Shown piece after piece: positions 27,571 to 42,015 of a stretch of DNA of 64,000 bases. Location: assembly GCA_012295275.1 (NCBI GenBank), contig CM022672.1:25358001-25422000 (forward strand), read 5' to 3'. Position numbers and translations under genes: made by a program. Under the pieces are notes generated by a model. It was not told the origin of the DNA, searched no databases, and saw nothing but the letters and a program-made list of their open reading frames with translations. The DNA comes from Chrysomallon squamiferum (lineage: Eukaryota; Animalia; Mollusca). Numbering within the stretch: the first letter of the stretch is position 1; each line of letters opens with the position of its first letter.

Positions 27571-29986
27571 TTAAAGCTTTTTAATAATGATCTTCTCTAT
27601 CCAGCTAACGTATTTTGCTATATTTGTATAAAGTCCGCGGTCTCGACGAGGATTTTTACATCCAAATTCTTCATACGCAAGTCCTGCCAGCTCCCACAAT
27701 CCCAGCGTGTTTACACAGATAACAGATCCACCTGAAACTCCCTGCAACACATAAACATTTCATTTTTTAAAATGCAACATTTATGACCTAACTTATAACA
27801 ACATAAAAATGCCATGAAATAAGAACATACACACATACACACTGTTGTCGCACTAGTATAGGGAAACAGGAAAAATAGCAACAACAATAACAAAATAATA
27901 ATAATAAAAAAAATAAAAATTCAAAAAGAGAACAACAAAGAAAAAACACGAAAAACGTCAAAAGTTTAAAAGATTTTAAAAAAAAATAATAAAAAAAAAA
28001 AAAAAAATATATATACAATCCCACAGCAACAGCAACAAAAAAGAAAATCAACGACGACATCAACAACAACCACAACTAAGAACATATATTAGGATATTTG
28101 CACATGCCTGACAAAGGCCTGTGTCTGTTTTGCTGAAAACACATAAATAACTGCTCGGATTTAGGCTGACATTTCTGTGAGTGCATTTGTCTGTTTGTTC
28201 TACGTACACCGTTTGTTTCTGTAATTTCCGTGCAAACGAACCTGAAAACACAAAAACAAATTTAATTTTGTTTTTCTCTGGATACGTTTATTAATGCTTT
28301 CACAGTGTACTGTATAATGTACCAACTATTTTCATTCACGATACTTACTTTTAAAGTGTTTTATTTTTGGTCAGCGTTTATGTTTGTTTATTAATATAAT
28401 CGTGTATTGTGGTATATACCAAATGTTTTCATTTACAGTACTCATTTCTAAAGTGTTTAATTTTTGGTTTCAAACAAAGTTTATTCAGAGTAGAAAGAAA
28501 TTTTTATCGTACTTTATACCATAGTCGGATTGTTTTATGATATCAAGAAATATTAGCTGCTATAAATATATGTTGTATACATATAGTTCAAAATGGTTCA
28601 GTGTTCAGTAACATTTTGTGAGCTAACTGACAATAGATTTTATATACATGCTGCATTATTTCTATTATATTTATTGTTATATTACACCACATTAAACAAT
28701 GTAACGCACAGGCATTGCCAGAAAAAAAAAAAAAAAAAAAAAAAACATAAAAAACAATAATGATAAAATAATAATATTAATAATAAAAATAAAACCAAAT
28801 AATAAATAAATAAATATGTAAATGTAAGTAAATAAAAATAAAATAATAATAAAAAAATAATTAAAAAATTAAAAATGTAAAAAAAGAAGAAGTTAATTAA
28901 AAACTAAAAATTGTAAATAATATAAATATATAAATAAAACAAATAAAACAACAGCTGCATAAAATGACCACCTGAGTTTACCGGACCCCAGCCAGTCAAA
29001 ACACACGTGCGTTCATAGAACGTGGTGTTTGCTCGAGGAAGACAAACGGGTTGGAAATCGTTCTGACTTTGATGTGCGGCCAGCTTCACGACGGCGACGT
29101 CATGTCTGTACGGATCTGAAACAAATAAACTGCAATAAAACAATCGCTTGCTCGCAATAAAATCAATATCATCGACCAAATGTAAAGATCGAAACTACGT
29201 CTAACAAATGCAAAATAATACGCTATCAAAGCATATTTCTGGTATTTCCGGTTTTCCCGAAGCCGGACAAATGTTCCGGTACCTTTATTAGTAGCAACCA
29301 GAATATTGCGCTATCAAAGGCTGCTTGAAGGCCATCTTTAATAATAGTACTAATAAATGTGTTTCAAAAACTCGTACCCACTTCATATGAACCGTATATA
29401 AAAATGGTTTCTACGTGTACAATTAACTCCTTTATTCCAGAATTACCGTCTCCCAGTACCGCGCTCCACAGCTGAGGATTGTAATTGCTGAAGAAAGAGA
29501 AAAAAAATAATTGTTATAGTTTATTTAGTTTACTAACAATTAAATTAAAATGCTTTTTTTTTTTTTTCCTTTGATGTAAGATTAATGATAGCAAAGGAAT
29601 TTATTATATCCAGACATTTTTTATAATTATTGTTTGTTTTCTTGATGAATGTTAAATGCCGACAACTCTCTTCTTCTTTTTATCATTCTTTGTTTATTTA
29701 TTTACTGACTTATGTGTCTTTAAGTATTGTTGTTTTCATTGTTATTATTGTTTTTGTTATTATTATTGTTAAATGTTTTAATGGTATTCAAAATTTGGTC
29801 TTAGATATTTACTTGGTAAAGAAAGAAGAAAATGAAAACTAATAAACCAATAAATAAATAAATAAGTAAACAACCAAACGTATTATACAAAAAACTATAA
29901 TATATAAACCCATTTATTATATAAATAATCGGTGACATTAAAATGCCAGTTGTATAATTGTACAGACAATTATTACATTAAAATAA

Positions 29987-30017
<31 letters not shown>

Positions 30018-31054
30018 AAATAGTAATTTCATTACAAAAACCCAAATTAAAGAAATTACACTCACTTTCTGAAGCATCTTGCGGCTGTCACCAAAAAACG
30101 GGGATGTACTAAAACTCCAGTACAAAACACTGTACCGAACGAACGCAGCTTTACCTTGTAACAGCAAACAGTAAAAAAGTTATAATGGGTCATTCCGTGT
30201 CAAATCACCCCCCAAAAAAGATATTTTAAACCCGACCATCTCAGATTTTTATTTAAACTTGTATATTTGTTGAGTGGGATCCCACAGCACCAAATCTGGA
30301 ATTTTAGGCCAATCGGACCAGTGGTGTCGGAGATATGGCCCCCGAATTGTGAGATTTTCGGCCAAATGGTCGTGACCACCAACCTTTGAACCCTCATATC
30401 TCAGCAACTACTGGGCCAGTCTTCATAAAATTGGTATTGTTGGTCGGGTTTAACCCTTTGGGTGATTTGACACGGAATGACCCCAATAAATAATAATTTT
30501 AACAAACCATTTATATATCGACAGCTTTACCTTGAGACAGCAAACAGCAACAATATTAAATCAAGTAATAATTTTAACAAACCATTATATATCGACCGAA
30601 TTCGTAGACTTGGGAAAAAGCTATGTTTTTTGGTGTGTTTTTTTTTTTTTTAATATTCTAAAATCAAATAAAGGCTTTGATGCATGTTGTTTCAACAAAA
30701 GCAAATAATTATGTTTGACTGCACGAAAATACATTAATTTATCGTGTTATTTATTTCTTCTATTAATTCTAAAATTACACGCTTTCATGTGTTAAAAACT
30801 CGGTACGTTGGGGAGTACCAGAAACGCGTTTATATTGTATTTTACTTCAGTATTCGTTTACTAACTATCATAAGTTACTAACTGAGGACCAAACTTCTGC
30901 TTCACGTTATAAAAAATGAAATATACTCGCACACAAGAAGCATTGCGACAGAAATAAATAGAAAGAGAGAAGAAGAAAGATAGGATCAAAACAAAGGAAA
31001 TATAAAGGATAAATGTTAAAACAAAGGAAAGATAAAGATAATTTTTGTTTCTTG

Positions 31055-31107
<53 letters not shown>

Positions 31108-31321
31108 GTTATTTCGCTTTGAAAGGTATTTGTACCTGCCAAGGAAATTCGACAGTGTGTACATCTTGCTCACTCGCAGCACGTTTTCCAACGATTTGAC
31201 TTGACAAAATGTTACCACACTGAAATACATCTAAACAACAGTCTTATAATTACAGAAAAGTCAAAGAAAGAGCAGTAATGAAAAAATATGACTGAATGTA
31301 ATGATACAGAGATTAATACTG

Positions 31322-31402
<81 letters not shown>

Positions 31403-31722
31403 AGAGAGAAAAAAAGAAGAGAGAAAAATGCACGAGAGAGAATGAGGAAGAGAAAGGGAAGAGATGAGAAAGATACACAGTCAGAAAAGATAAAGAAAGA
31501 GAAAACTTAGAAGTGACAGAGAATAAAATAAAGGGACACAAAATTCGATAACCATGTATTCATTGACATACAAAGAAGACCAAAACATTAACATACAATT
31601 ATTCAAAGCTAACATAATTCCATTTGTAAACATTATATACCTGAGGCTCCAGAAGACACAGCACCCTGTGACACAAAACAACACAAATATGCTATGACAT
31701 TGTAGAATATCTTGGGAAACAT
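27571..31722 (-). CDS. Secreted trypsin-family (S1A) serine protease homolog, predicted catalytically inactive, 7 exons, 274 aa
   Basis: Exons 31641-31722, 31136-31230, 30066-30154, 29378-29487, 28972-29115, 28108-28241, 27571-27741 (825 nt, phases consistent; intron 6 is GC-AG). Signal peptide MFPKIFYNVIAYLCCFVSQGAVSS; motifs EFPWQ, FCTGVLV..LVTAARC, HDVAVVKL, PVCLP, CVLTGWG, CQGVSGGS, GLYTNIAKYVSWIE. Confidence 0.9.
30187..30483. mobile_element. 297-bp MITE with perfect 24-bp TIRs
   Basis: GGGTCATTCCGTGTCAAATCACCC (30187-30210) and its exact reverse complement (30460-30483); flanks taat/caat are a possible 4-bp TSD with one mismatch. GGG termini fit Sola- or Harbinger-type elements; superfamily not settled. 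Confidence 0.9.
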
Positions 31723-32189
31723 TTCGACTCAAACACTTTGTTATTATCAGTATGGACTGACCACCTGTCTAGAAACAACTGGATCAAACACTGCACTTAG
31801 CTTCTTACAGATAAGTCGTGGCTTAGTCGCGATCATAAACTATTTGAACGGAATCGTGCCATTTTAACTGTAGGTTAAGTATATGATCCTATTTGCATTA
31901 AATATGCTGGGCTGTTTTCATGCATTTTCACAGGGTGGAATTTACTCCAAGTGGATGAAAAATTACATACCGGGATATAGAGAAAAATGAGTTACAGATG
32001 ACATTATTTTAAAATTTCATTCCATTTATATATACGTATACGTAGACATTCGTTGTAATATTGTCGCGTTCTTTCGCAATAATTATCAGCATACACATGC
32101 AGTAGCATATCGTTTCTCTACGTTATATTTGAAATAATGATAAAACAGTGAACAGTTTTTATATTTTAACAGTAATAGGAATGAAAAGT

Positions 32190-32220
<31 letters not shown>

Positions 32221-34231
32221 TTTTATTTTATTTTTTATTTTTTTTAGGTGAAATTAGGCAGCAAAAACTATAACGCCAAATAAATAAATTAGAATATGAA
32301 AATTGAGTTACATATATCACATAAGTATATGTCTTTAAATTCACTCATTCCTAAGCCACGGTTATTGTATGAAGAAAAAAAAGCAATAAAATTTGAAAGC
32401 ATGCAAATAAAATCAGACATTTCAATTCACATTTCTAAAGGTGTCCATTCTCGTGAATATGAACTGGCTGCCTTTGTATATATACACTATTCAGAACATC
32501 ATTACTGTTTTCAATACTATATCATTTCAGTGTCGCTAATAGTTCGTCTTACTAGCGAATCGAGAAAAAAGAGCTTTCTTTGACGTTAGCATAAACAGTG
32601 GTTAAACAAAGACGTTTTCTTTGCTCTTTAGACCGCTTTGAAATAGCTCTGCATGAGACGTATTGTCATTATTAGTCTGGCTGTAAATGTGTCTGTGTAT
32701 TCATGCAGCATATGTCTGTATGTCTGTATAGAAATATATATCAGGTGTATATGTGTATGCATTCGCGTAGTATTTATGCATATGTGTTTTATTATATGCG
32801 TCGTATTTTATGCTGTTAGTTAACATCTGTCTTTTTGTCCCTATCTATCTATCAGTCTATCTATCTCTGTTTTTCTATATCTCCGTCTCTGTCTATCTGT
32901 TTGGCTATATGTCGGTCTGTCTGTCTGTCTGGCTATAAGTCTCTCTGTATGTCTGTCTATCTATTTATCTTTCTATCTCTGTCTCTGTCTGTCTGTCTGC
33001 CTGCCTATTTATCTGTCTCTCTCTGTGTGTCTGTCTGTCTGTATCTATCTACCTTCCTATCTATCTATCTATCTATCTATCATTTGTGCATTATACTCAA
33101 ATTACTAAAAAAAAAAAAAAAAAAAAAAAAACAAGACTTAAAAATAAAAAGTAAGAAGAAATAAAAAAAAACAACAATAAACAAACAAACAAACAACCGG
33201 AACAACAATAAGAACAAAACAGCAGTAATAAAGTAAAAAAATCAACAGACAGGAAAAGGTAAAGGAAAAACAATCAGTCGTGTTACATGGGTTATTTCAA
33301 AGTATCGCATTACCAAATAAACACGAACGGGACGTTAACACTATTATAAGTGCATGACTAAAGTTGCTGTACAGTCAACAGTGGTATTAACAAACAGTTC
33401 ACGTGATGAAGAACAAACAAACACTCGTTCGTTACACAGGCCTGGGCCTACTGCAAACCGTACTCGTTCTTTGCTACCTAAACGATTATTATGGTAAACA
33501 GGAGCACGTCTTTATACGCCCACTTCTGAAACAGTAGTTAAAAGCTTTTGACAAGACTGGCTCCGCTAAGTGGAGTTCTTTAAAACGAGAGTGTCGTGCA
33601 AGACGGTTGATAAGATAAAGATAATATCCTCCCTTCCTGCTGACTTTGTTCTGAAAATAAACCGATAATGAGCAAGGCTTTCGATAACTAAGATACACCA
33701 CAGCTGATTGTGTTAAAAATGGAATGTGTTGTTTACTTTAAACTTTTCGCTACATGTCAAGAAAAGGATACAAATGTCGTCTGTTGTTAGACACTTCGAA
33801 ATTCTGGATAGATCAAGACATATCAGCTGAAAGTGGTAAATGAAACAATATAGGATTCAGTTCGTGTGATAATATTAATATTACACAGATACGATCTCGT
33901 TTTAGAAGTGTTGTTGTAATCTGTTGTAAGCAGTGATAACAATGGAGAGTGCAGTGCTGTTCTAGACAAGGATCAAGACAGAATAATACCGCGGTGTTTG
34001 GATTTACAGAAAATCGAATTGATATTCTTTCACAACAAGAGGGATATCTATGCCTTTTTTTTCTCTTCGTTATGTTCAAGTGGACTGATTTTGTACGATT
34101 ATTCTAAGGACAAATATAAGTTGTATAAACAAGCTGTCTTTTTAATATGGAAGAAAAAAGATCATAATATTGGAAGCTAACGAGTTTTGTTTTATACTGG
34201 ATATTCATTAAAAAAAAAAAAAAAACTAACA

Positions 34232-34274
<43 letters not shown>

Positions 34275-35450
34275 AATAATAATAATCAATAAATAAATAA
34301 TGGAATTTTTTATATAAGAAAATATTTTATAGCCGTAATCTAAAATTCGGAGAAAAAATAAATCACAAATGACTAACATGGAAATCCGATCTGAGCAGTC
34401 GCCACATAACAACGATTGGTAAACTCATAAAAAAGATCGTTGCCGAAGTGAAATTGCTCGTACTGCAGTTAACGACAAATTTTATTTACAGAACTGGCTT
34501 TGCTGAACAAATCTTTAACATTGCTCGTTCTTTTCTCAGTAATTGCTTCGATTTTCCTATTAATGTTTACTAACGTGACTAAATGGAAATGAACTGAATG
34601 TGCACCTTCTGTAAGGTGTTAATAACAACTTGGATACTTGAAGCGAAGGAAAACCCGACGAATAATCCATGTTTACATTATTCTTGGTTGGAACAACTCA
34701 CCACTGAGCTTGGAATGTGTTATACAGCTAGCTTTTCAAGTAGTTAACATTTGTTATTAACACCTTTACAAGACCGACTATGGTTGATTCATTGTACAAC
34801 AGGAAATATTTTGATTGATCTTTTTGTATACTGATTTTCGAAATTGTTTTATTTACTAAACTGGGAAAATTGCTGTGGTTTGGATTGTAGAAAATAACAA
34901 CAACGACAACAACAATACACAATATAAAGAACACTTTTAAATATGATCTTTTGGCGTTCTTCGTATTCGAATGAGAAACCAGGAAACCTGGAATTTAAAT
35001 AGAGACATTTAAAATAAAAAAAATAAAAATTAAATTCATATTGAAGAAGGAAGTGGTTACGGAATAGTATTAGAATACATATATTATATACAATATTAAT
35101 TAATCAATTGATCTTCACTTGATTTGTTGACACACTGACATTCGTAATAGAATATAATTATATACATTGATATTTTATGAGAACTGCAAGACAAATAAGT
35201 CTGTTTGGAGTTTCTACGTTTATGAATAACTTTGCCATTTTTGTTAAATTCAACGATGAAAATATTATACCTACTTAAAACGGAACAGAACATATTTTGA
35301 CTCATCATAATGAAGATTATAGGTTTGTAAGACTCATATAGTTATAAAAAGAATTACAATTTCTGTTTTCTTTTTTGTGTGATTTTAAATGAAAATAATT
35401 TGTTGGGATTCAAGTTAACAAGATTGAAGAGAAGTTAATTAATCACGATA

Positions 35451-36173
35451 ATGACATCAGGAGACAAAACATATCAAAAACGGAAAGCAATCGCCAGAAA
35501 GCTTCTTATACAGACGTTATCGTCAAGACAAACTGTCGATCTTCCGTTGACACGAAGACACACGGTGTATCGGAGCGACAGGATAACGTTACCTCACATA
35601 AATAATTCTCTAACAGACACATCTCCGAAACAGCAGAAAGTGAACAAACCGCAACAGACGGATACTTCAGCGAGAAGAAAGAATCATTCTGGGAATGGCA
35701 AACCGAATATCAGAACGAACAAACAGTGCAAGTTGCCAGGAATAATCAACGACGTAAACGCGTTTATTTGCTCAGACGAACCCGACTCGGACGTCACAGA
35801 GACGTCTCTCGGCACTCTGCCCCACCACGACCTTTACCTGACACTGCTCCAGTCGAGAAACAAGCTGAAACAAATGAAGCAGCAGGCAAAGGTAAATTTC
35901 TGCTGGATGAAGCATCGGCCGCTAACGCCAAATCTGATCAGCAAGTTAAATAAAGCGAAACTGCCGCCGAAGGTTCAGACTGAGCGCTGGATACAACAGC
36001 TGCCTGTTATAAACCGCTGGCGTTTCGGCTCCACCCGTGTCACATCTCAGAAACAGAACGTGCAGACGGTTGATGCGGCAAACACGTTCATATACGGCTC
36101 TTCCGTTTACGATGACACAATACCCTTGACGGATTCTCCGATTAAAGATGTGCAGTTCAAATATAGATCTTAA
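35451..36173 (+). CDS. Intronless 240-aa basic, low-structure protein of unknown function
   Basis: ATG-initiated 723-nt ORF, not repeat-derived, with GC well above the AT-rich flanks and boundaries matching the ORF ends. No recognised domain. Confidence 0.7.
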   Translation: MTSGDKTYQKRKAIARKLLIQTLSSRQTVDLPLTRRHTVYRSDRITLPHINNSLTDTSPKQQKVNKPQQTDTSARRKNHSGNGKPNIRTNKQCKLPGIINDVNAFICSDEPDSDVTETSLGTLPHHDLYLTLLQSRNKLKQMKQQAKVNFCWMKHRPLTPNLISKLNKAKLPPKVQTERWIQQLPVINRWRFGSTRVTSQKQNVQTVDAANTFIYGSSVYDDTIPLTDSPIKDVQFKYRS

Positions 36174-36186
36174 CACCATTTTGGTT

Positions 36187-36324
36187 GTGAATTGTGGATA
36201 TTTTAACAGATTTCTTATATTCAGGCCTTAATGTGACATCCATCTTTAATAGAATTTTGCTCGTGAATTGTGGATATTTAACAGATTTCTTATATTCAGG
36301 CCTTAATGTGACATCCATCTTTAA
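36187..36324. repeat. Two near-identical ~62-bp direct repeats (76-bp period) just after the orphan ORF stop
   Basis: gtgaattgtggatattt(t)aacagatttcttatattcaggccttaatgtgacatccatctttaa at 36187 and 36263. Confidence 0.9.
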
Positions 36325-37071
36325 AGATGGCCACCGACAAAAGAGCACAAAGCTATACTTATCTTTTGAAAATCAAGTATGAAACTAAGTAAATATTCAA
36401 TTTGAATCTGTTTACGAGTTTACTACTCGAACCTAAACTGTAGGGTGGCTCATGAATGCTGAATGGTATAATTATAACCATTAAACTGCAGTTATGTTTT
36501 GTCATTAAATGTGCTGACTTCGTTTGGAAAAAAGAAAGAAAGGAACAGGCGTTGTAACAATATTTCTGTTTAGAAGATTCATGAAGTACGTACGCTCTCA
36601 GTTTAAAACTATCGCTTCACATATTCTGAATCCTCTCTTTCATTAATATCTTTCACACTGAAAAATAAATCAGATGTAATTAAGAATATTGATTATATTC
36701 ATATAACATCCAATAATTCCGAGGCATTTACTAAATAATATGAATTAAGATTCATTAACTTAATATATGACTCGTATATAAGTTTCTAATATATTTTAAA
36801 AAAGAAAATCTATTTATAATCCCTTGCACTATGTTTGTACCTAAAGCCCAAATTCCACCTGTCAACCCGTAGTGTTTATATATTGTATAAATGACCTGCG
36901 AGAGAAAATAATTATAACGTAAATGAATTGTAAAGGCATATAATAATGAAAACTTTAAAGGAATACTTCAAAAAGGCTGCTATGCATGTTAGTATTAAAC
37001 AATATTAAACACACGTTGTTATTGTTTATAATAACCATGCTTATTTGTTAATTTAAATTATTAAATAAATG

Positions 37072-37156
<85 letters not shown>

Positions 37157-37196
37157 TTGTGTCTCTCTGTCTCTCTTTCTCTTACTCTCTTATTTT

Positions 37197-37268
<72 letters not shown>

Positions 37269-39614
37269 CCTCCCTCTCTTTCTCTCTTTTTTTTTGTCTC
37301 TCTGTCTCTCTTTCTCTTACTTTGTCTATCTGTCTGTCTCCCTTATTCTTTTTCACCAGTCATGCTCTGAACTGTGAGTCTAGGTCACATTGATTACTTG
37401 TGTTTGTAGTAGATGTAAGAACAGTCTTATGGCTGACTGTTTAGTCTCACGAATGATTATGTATAGCATAATCTGAGCAAAATTAACACGAGTTTATGCC
37501 AAGTTCAGCTACCGTAAATCTGTCGTTAATTGCACTCTCTCTGCTCTGAAGGTAAAAGAAGAGCAGTGACAGTAATGACGCGGTTCTTGTTCGCCTTGTT
37601 TATACAGGCTCACGATTTTCGCGACGACAGTTAAAACCATGTGAAATAAATGTGTATTTCTGAAGTTCTTGAATTACGACACTTCTAACATTCGTATGCA
37701 TTTAAATCTGTCTCCCTCTCTCTTTTTTTTTTTTTTTTTTTTTTTTAGGTTTGTCGTTTTGTTTTTGTTTGTTTATTGCTGAGTTTCTTTTCATTTCTTT
37801 TTTTTTTTCAATCTTTTTTGTGTTTTTTGTGTTGTTGTTTTTCTTGTTGTTTTTTTTTTTTTAAATTTTATTATTATTTTTTTATTTCTTTTTTTATCAT
37901 ATTTGGTACAATGATATTTTACCCGAAACACATATTCTTTTATACCATATATATATATATATAAAAAAATTTATGTTTTTAAACTGAAATTGAAAGTTAA
38001 AGCATAGTGCAAAACATTTTTGTGTATCAAAGTATACACAGCTTATTGTGCGTGATTGGACGTTTAAATAAACTAAAACAACGTTTAGCTTTAATAATAT
38101 TTATTGTTTAGATATTTTAATTTCTTTGCACACGGGAATATCGCCAAACTGTGGTCAGACAAAACGGTCAGTGTATCACATTGGAAAAAACCCACGTAGT
38201 ATTCATTTGTCAACGGGATTTACTTCGACTGATATTACTGAAATTATTTACCTTAGTTTATTAAAAACACCAAAATACAAGAACCGTAACTCTGGAAACA
38301 TAATCTAATTAAGGACATAACGTCGGTCCCAGTTGAATGGGGTTAAAACTGATTCCTTCGAATTTTTCATTCTTACATTGAGACAATAATGTATACCTAT
38401 TTTTAATCGACAATTTTATGAAAAGTTTGAAAAGTTCGTTATCTAATCTCAGAATGACTTTCTTTTAAAATGATGCAATAAATTTATCAAACATTCAGAA
38501 ATAATAATGATGATGATGATGATAACAATACAAATATAAATAAAATATAGAGATTAAAAAAAAAAGAGAAAAAAAGAATTAATTAATTTTAAAAATGTAT
38601 AACGTGATTTTAATTATCTTTTAGAAACAAATTTTTATTAGAAAGCTTTAGTGGGAATGATTCATCTTATTTTAGATTAAAAAACAATATTTTAAGTTTT
38701 TTCCTTAGGAAAGGATAAGTTACACATCACTAGCATGAAACAGTTCGCCTTATAAGTCCTCCTGAGTACGCTATTTATGTCTCTGTTTCCGTACCAGTCA
38801 GTGTTAAATGATTAATTTATAAAACTGGTGTAGTATGTGTTTTGCCGACAATGAGTAGGTGCAAATAAAATAATTCTTCTGGCTAACTGGCCAGTGTATT
38901 CCAAGTACAGATGTTAATGTATAACTGTAAACGTACGAGTTACAAACGTACGAATAAAAACTGATGAAGCATCTTAAAGCAAATATCATTAAATCTTTTA
39001 TTTATAGTATATTTATAGGCATTAGATTTTAAAACGTACCATTTGTGATACGAATAAATGGTTTAAATATATTGTACAAACTTCAGAATTGAAATATTTT
39101 CTAACAGTATATTTTTTGTGTATTTCGTAATGAGCAACGACGGATTACTCAAAACAGTTAAATAACAACACAGATGTATAAATGATGTTTTTAAGACCAT
39201 TTAAACGCATTGTCATCGGTATATTTAAATTAAATGAAAATAACAAGTAAAAACGTCGTTTCAAAATAGTACCTTTTATTTCGCATAATAATCGCTAACA
39301 AAATAATTCGCTGAGATATATTCTTCAGCAAAATAGTAAAAACAGTATGTTATTATAGCAGGACAGACCAACACATAAACAATGTTTTTTTTCACTGACA
39401 CATTTTCCCACAGACAGTCATATAATTATTACTTTCTGTTTTAGATCATTATGAACAAAAATCCCTTTCAAACTTATCTGTAAACAAGAAAACGAAAAAT
39501 TAGTTTTGTCTGTCTCAATATATATTTATGTATATACTTACGATGTGTGTGTGTCTGTATTTTTGTACATACTGCATATTTGTGTGTATCTGTGCCTGTA
39601 TGTGTGTGTGTGTA

Positions 39615-39705
<91 letters not shown>

Positions 39706-39743
39706 GAGTGTTTAAGAGGTATGAGTTTAAAATGATGTTAGCT

Positions 39744-39953
39744 CTAACCATTTTTGATGAAACTATCCCTGACTTCTGAAATTTTATTTCTGGTATAAAA
39801 TTTGTGTAACTTTATTCCTACAAAAGTCGCCGGGATGAATGTGAGCAGTCCAATTTCAAAACCAAACCAGATTCCATTCTGTACCGAAATAAGTCATTGA
39901 ATTGTGTGTGAGTTGACAACAACAATAACAATAACAATAACAATAACAATAAC

Positions 39954-40031
<78 letters not shown>

Positions 40032-40075
40032 AAAGACAGAATAGTAGGTTTATTTCTGTCTCTGTGGGTGTCTGT

Positions 40076-40116
<41 letters not shown>

Positions 40117-41959
40117 TATAAGAAAAGAGCTTTATGTAAACAATGACTTACCAAAGCATCAACTAGCTGACAACAAACGATGTCAATGGCTGACTGGTAG
40201 ATATTCCACAGAGGTCTACACGCGCCCAGCTCATTGTAGACCTACAGAATAAAATTATAGATGCATGTGTCTGTGAGGACGTGCGTGTGTGTGTGTAAAA
40301 ATAGTAATATAGCAAAACGAAGGATAGAATAACCATGTCATGGATACATTATAGTTTCTTTCACTAATATGCCCATTTATTTTATTTTATTTTTGTTTTT
40401 TGGTTTATTTAAATTTTTTTTTTTTTTTTACTTTCTCCGCAGATGTCCCTTCATCAGAGAGACAAAAATTATAGACAAATGTTTTTGAATATATTTACAA
40501 TCTTAATTCATACGCACCACACCAATATCCATAAAAAAAAACCCCACATAAATCATAGGTGTCCGCTAATCTCGGGGGGGGGGCCACTAAAGACAAATAT
40601 AACTGTATTCCATTCGAATAACAATAACAACAACCGTAATAACAATATCAGCAATATTAGCATGAGCATTAATAATATATATATAAAAAAAATCAAAAAA
40701 TAAATCTGTTTTCTTACAATTTCCAGTGCACGCCGACGGTACGACTTTAGGTAGGATGTCATCAGATTTCGGAAATCGAGCATCGACTAGAAATAAATAA
40801 AATTTCTAAATAATCTTAAGTTCTGCGACGAAACATAATTATTATGTAAGTACAGTTGAAAGCGGTTTAATGGGTATATTCACTTTCCCAAATAATTTAT
40901 TTTAAGACCTGTCTCAAACTACGTCTTTGACAGTTCCAGTCAAAACTACTTGAGAAAGCTTTACATGAAATTCCAAACGTGTGGGTTGAAGCACACGTGT
41001 TGTGCCCACTCTATAAGACGGGATCAGTTATGTATACGAATGGAATTATAACTTCATTAAAACAATAATATATACGTATTTAAAAACACAACTGTCCTCA
41101 AACAGTTATAATATATGCAGACGTAAACGTCATTAAAACAGTCACATATACGTATGTAAAAAAAGTTGTCACTAAGGAGAATTAACGTAAACTTAAACCT
41201 CATTAGTTACGATAACAGTATCCCAACAGCGTCATTAAGCAACACACGTAAACAACGTCATTATACGATAATAACACATTCATATTTATAAAAAAATAAA
41301 TAATAAATAAATGTTATTAAACAATGATATTGTACGTATTTAAACAACGTCATAACATATACAAATCTAAACAACGTCATTATACAATGATAAGACACAC
41401 ATGTCAATAAAGTAATTATAGAACAACGTATGTAAACCAATGACAGTAGAACGACGATAATATATGTATGTAAACAGAGTCATTGTAACAAATACCTGTG
41501 TGTAAATAATACAAAAATAACAAGAATGATGAATAAAAAAGAATGAGGTTAATTAATTTATTCTGGAATGGATGCTTCAAAAGAACTTTTTATTGTAAAT
41601 TACCAACTCTATTTCTTTAACGACAAAGGATTCCGTAATGGCACATGACGACTTTAAAACGTTTTCGATTTGGAGTCATTACACATTGTCGTATGTATGT
41701 AAATAATATGGTATGTAGTGTCTTGTGTGTTTGAAAGTTTATTTAAACTGTGCGTTGCTAATACTCAATATTTTTAGAAAAATGAGACGGAAAAGACAAA
41801 GGCAATGAAAATAAATAAAATAATAATAATGAAAAAAGATATAAATAAATTAAATAATAAAAAAAATGTAGACATAAATAAATATAAATATAGACAGAGA
41901 TTCTTATAAAAGCCAGCCCACTCCCCTCACAAAAATAAAATAAATTGAATAAAATAAAA

Positions 41960-42015
<56 letters not shown>

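Noticed and set aside
31219-31665. Apparent frameshift or 25-nt micro-exon at the protease-homolog 5' end
   Set aside because: The upstream acceptor at 31230 joins the signal-peptide exon in frame (ASDVFQCG).
38126-38346. GGGGTTAA end suggesting a piggyBac-type element
   Set aside because: No matching left terminus or TTAA duplication found.
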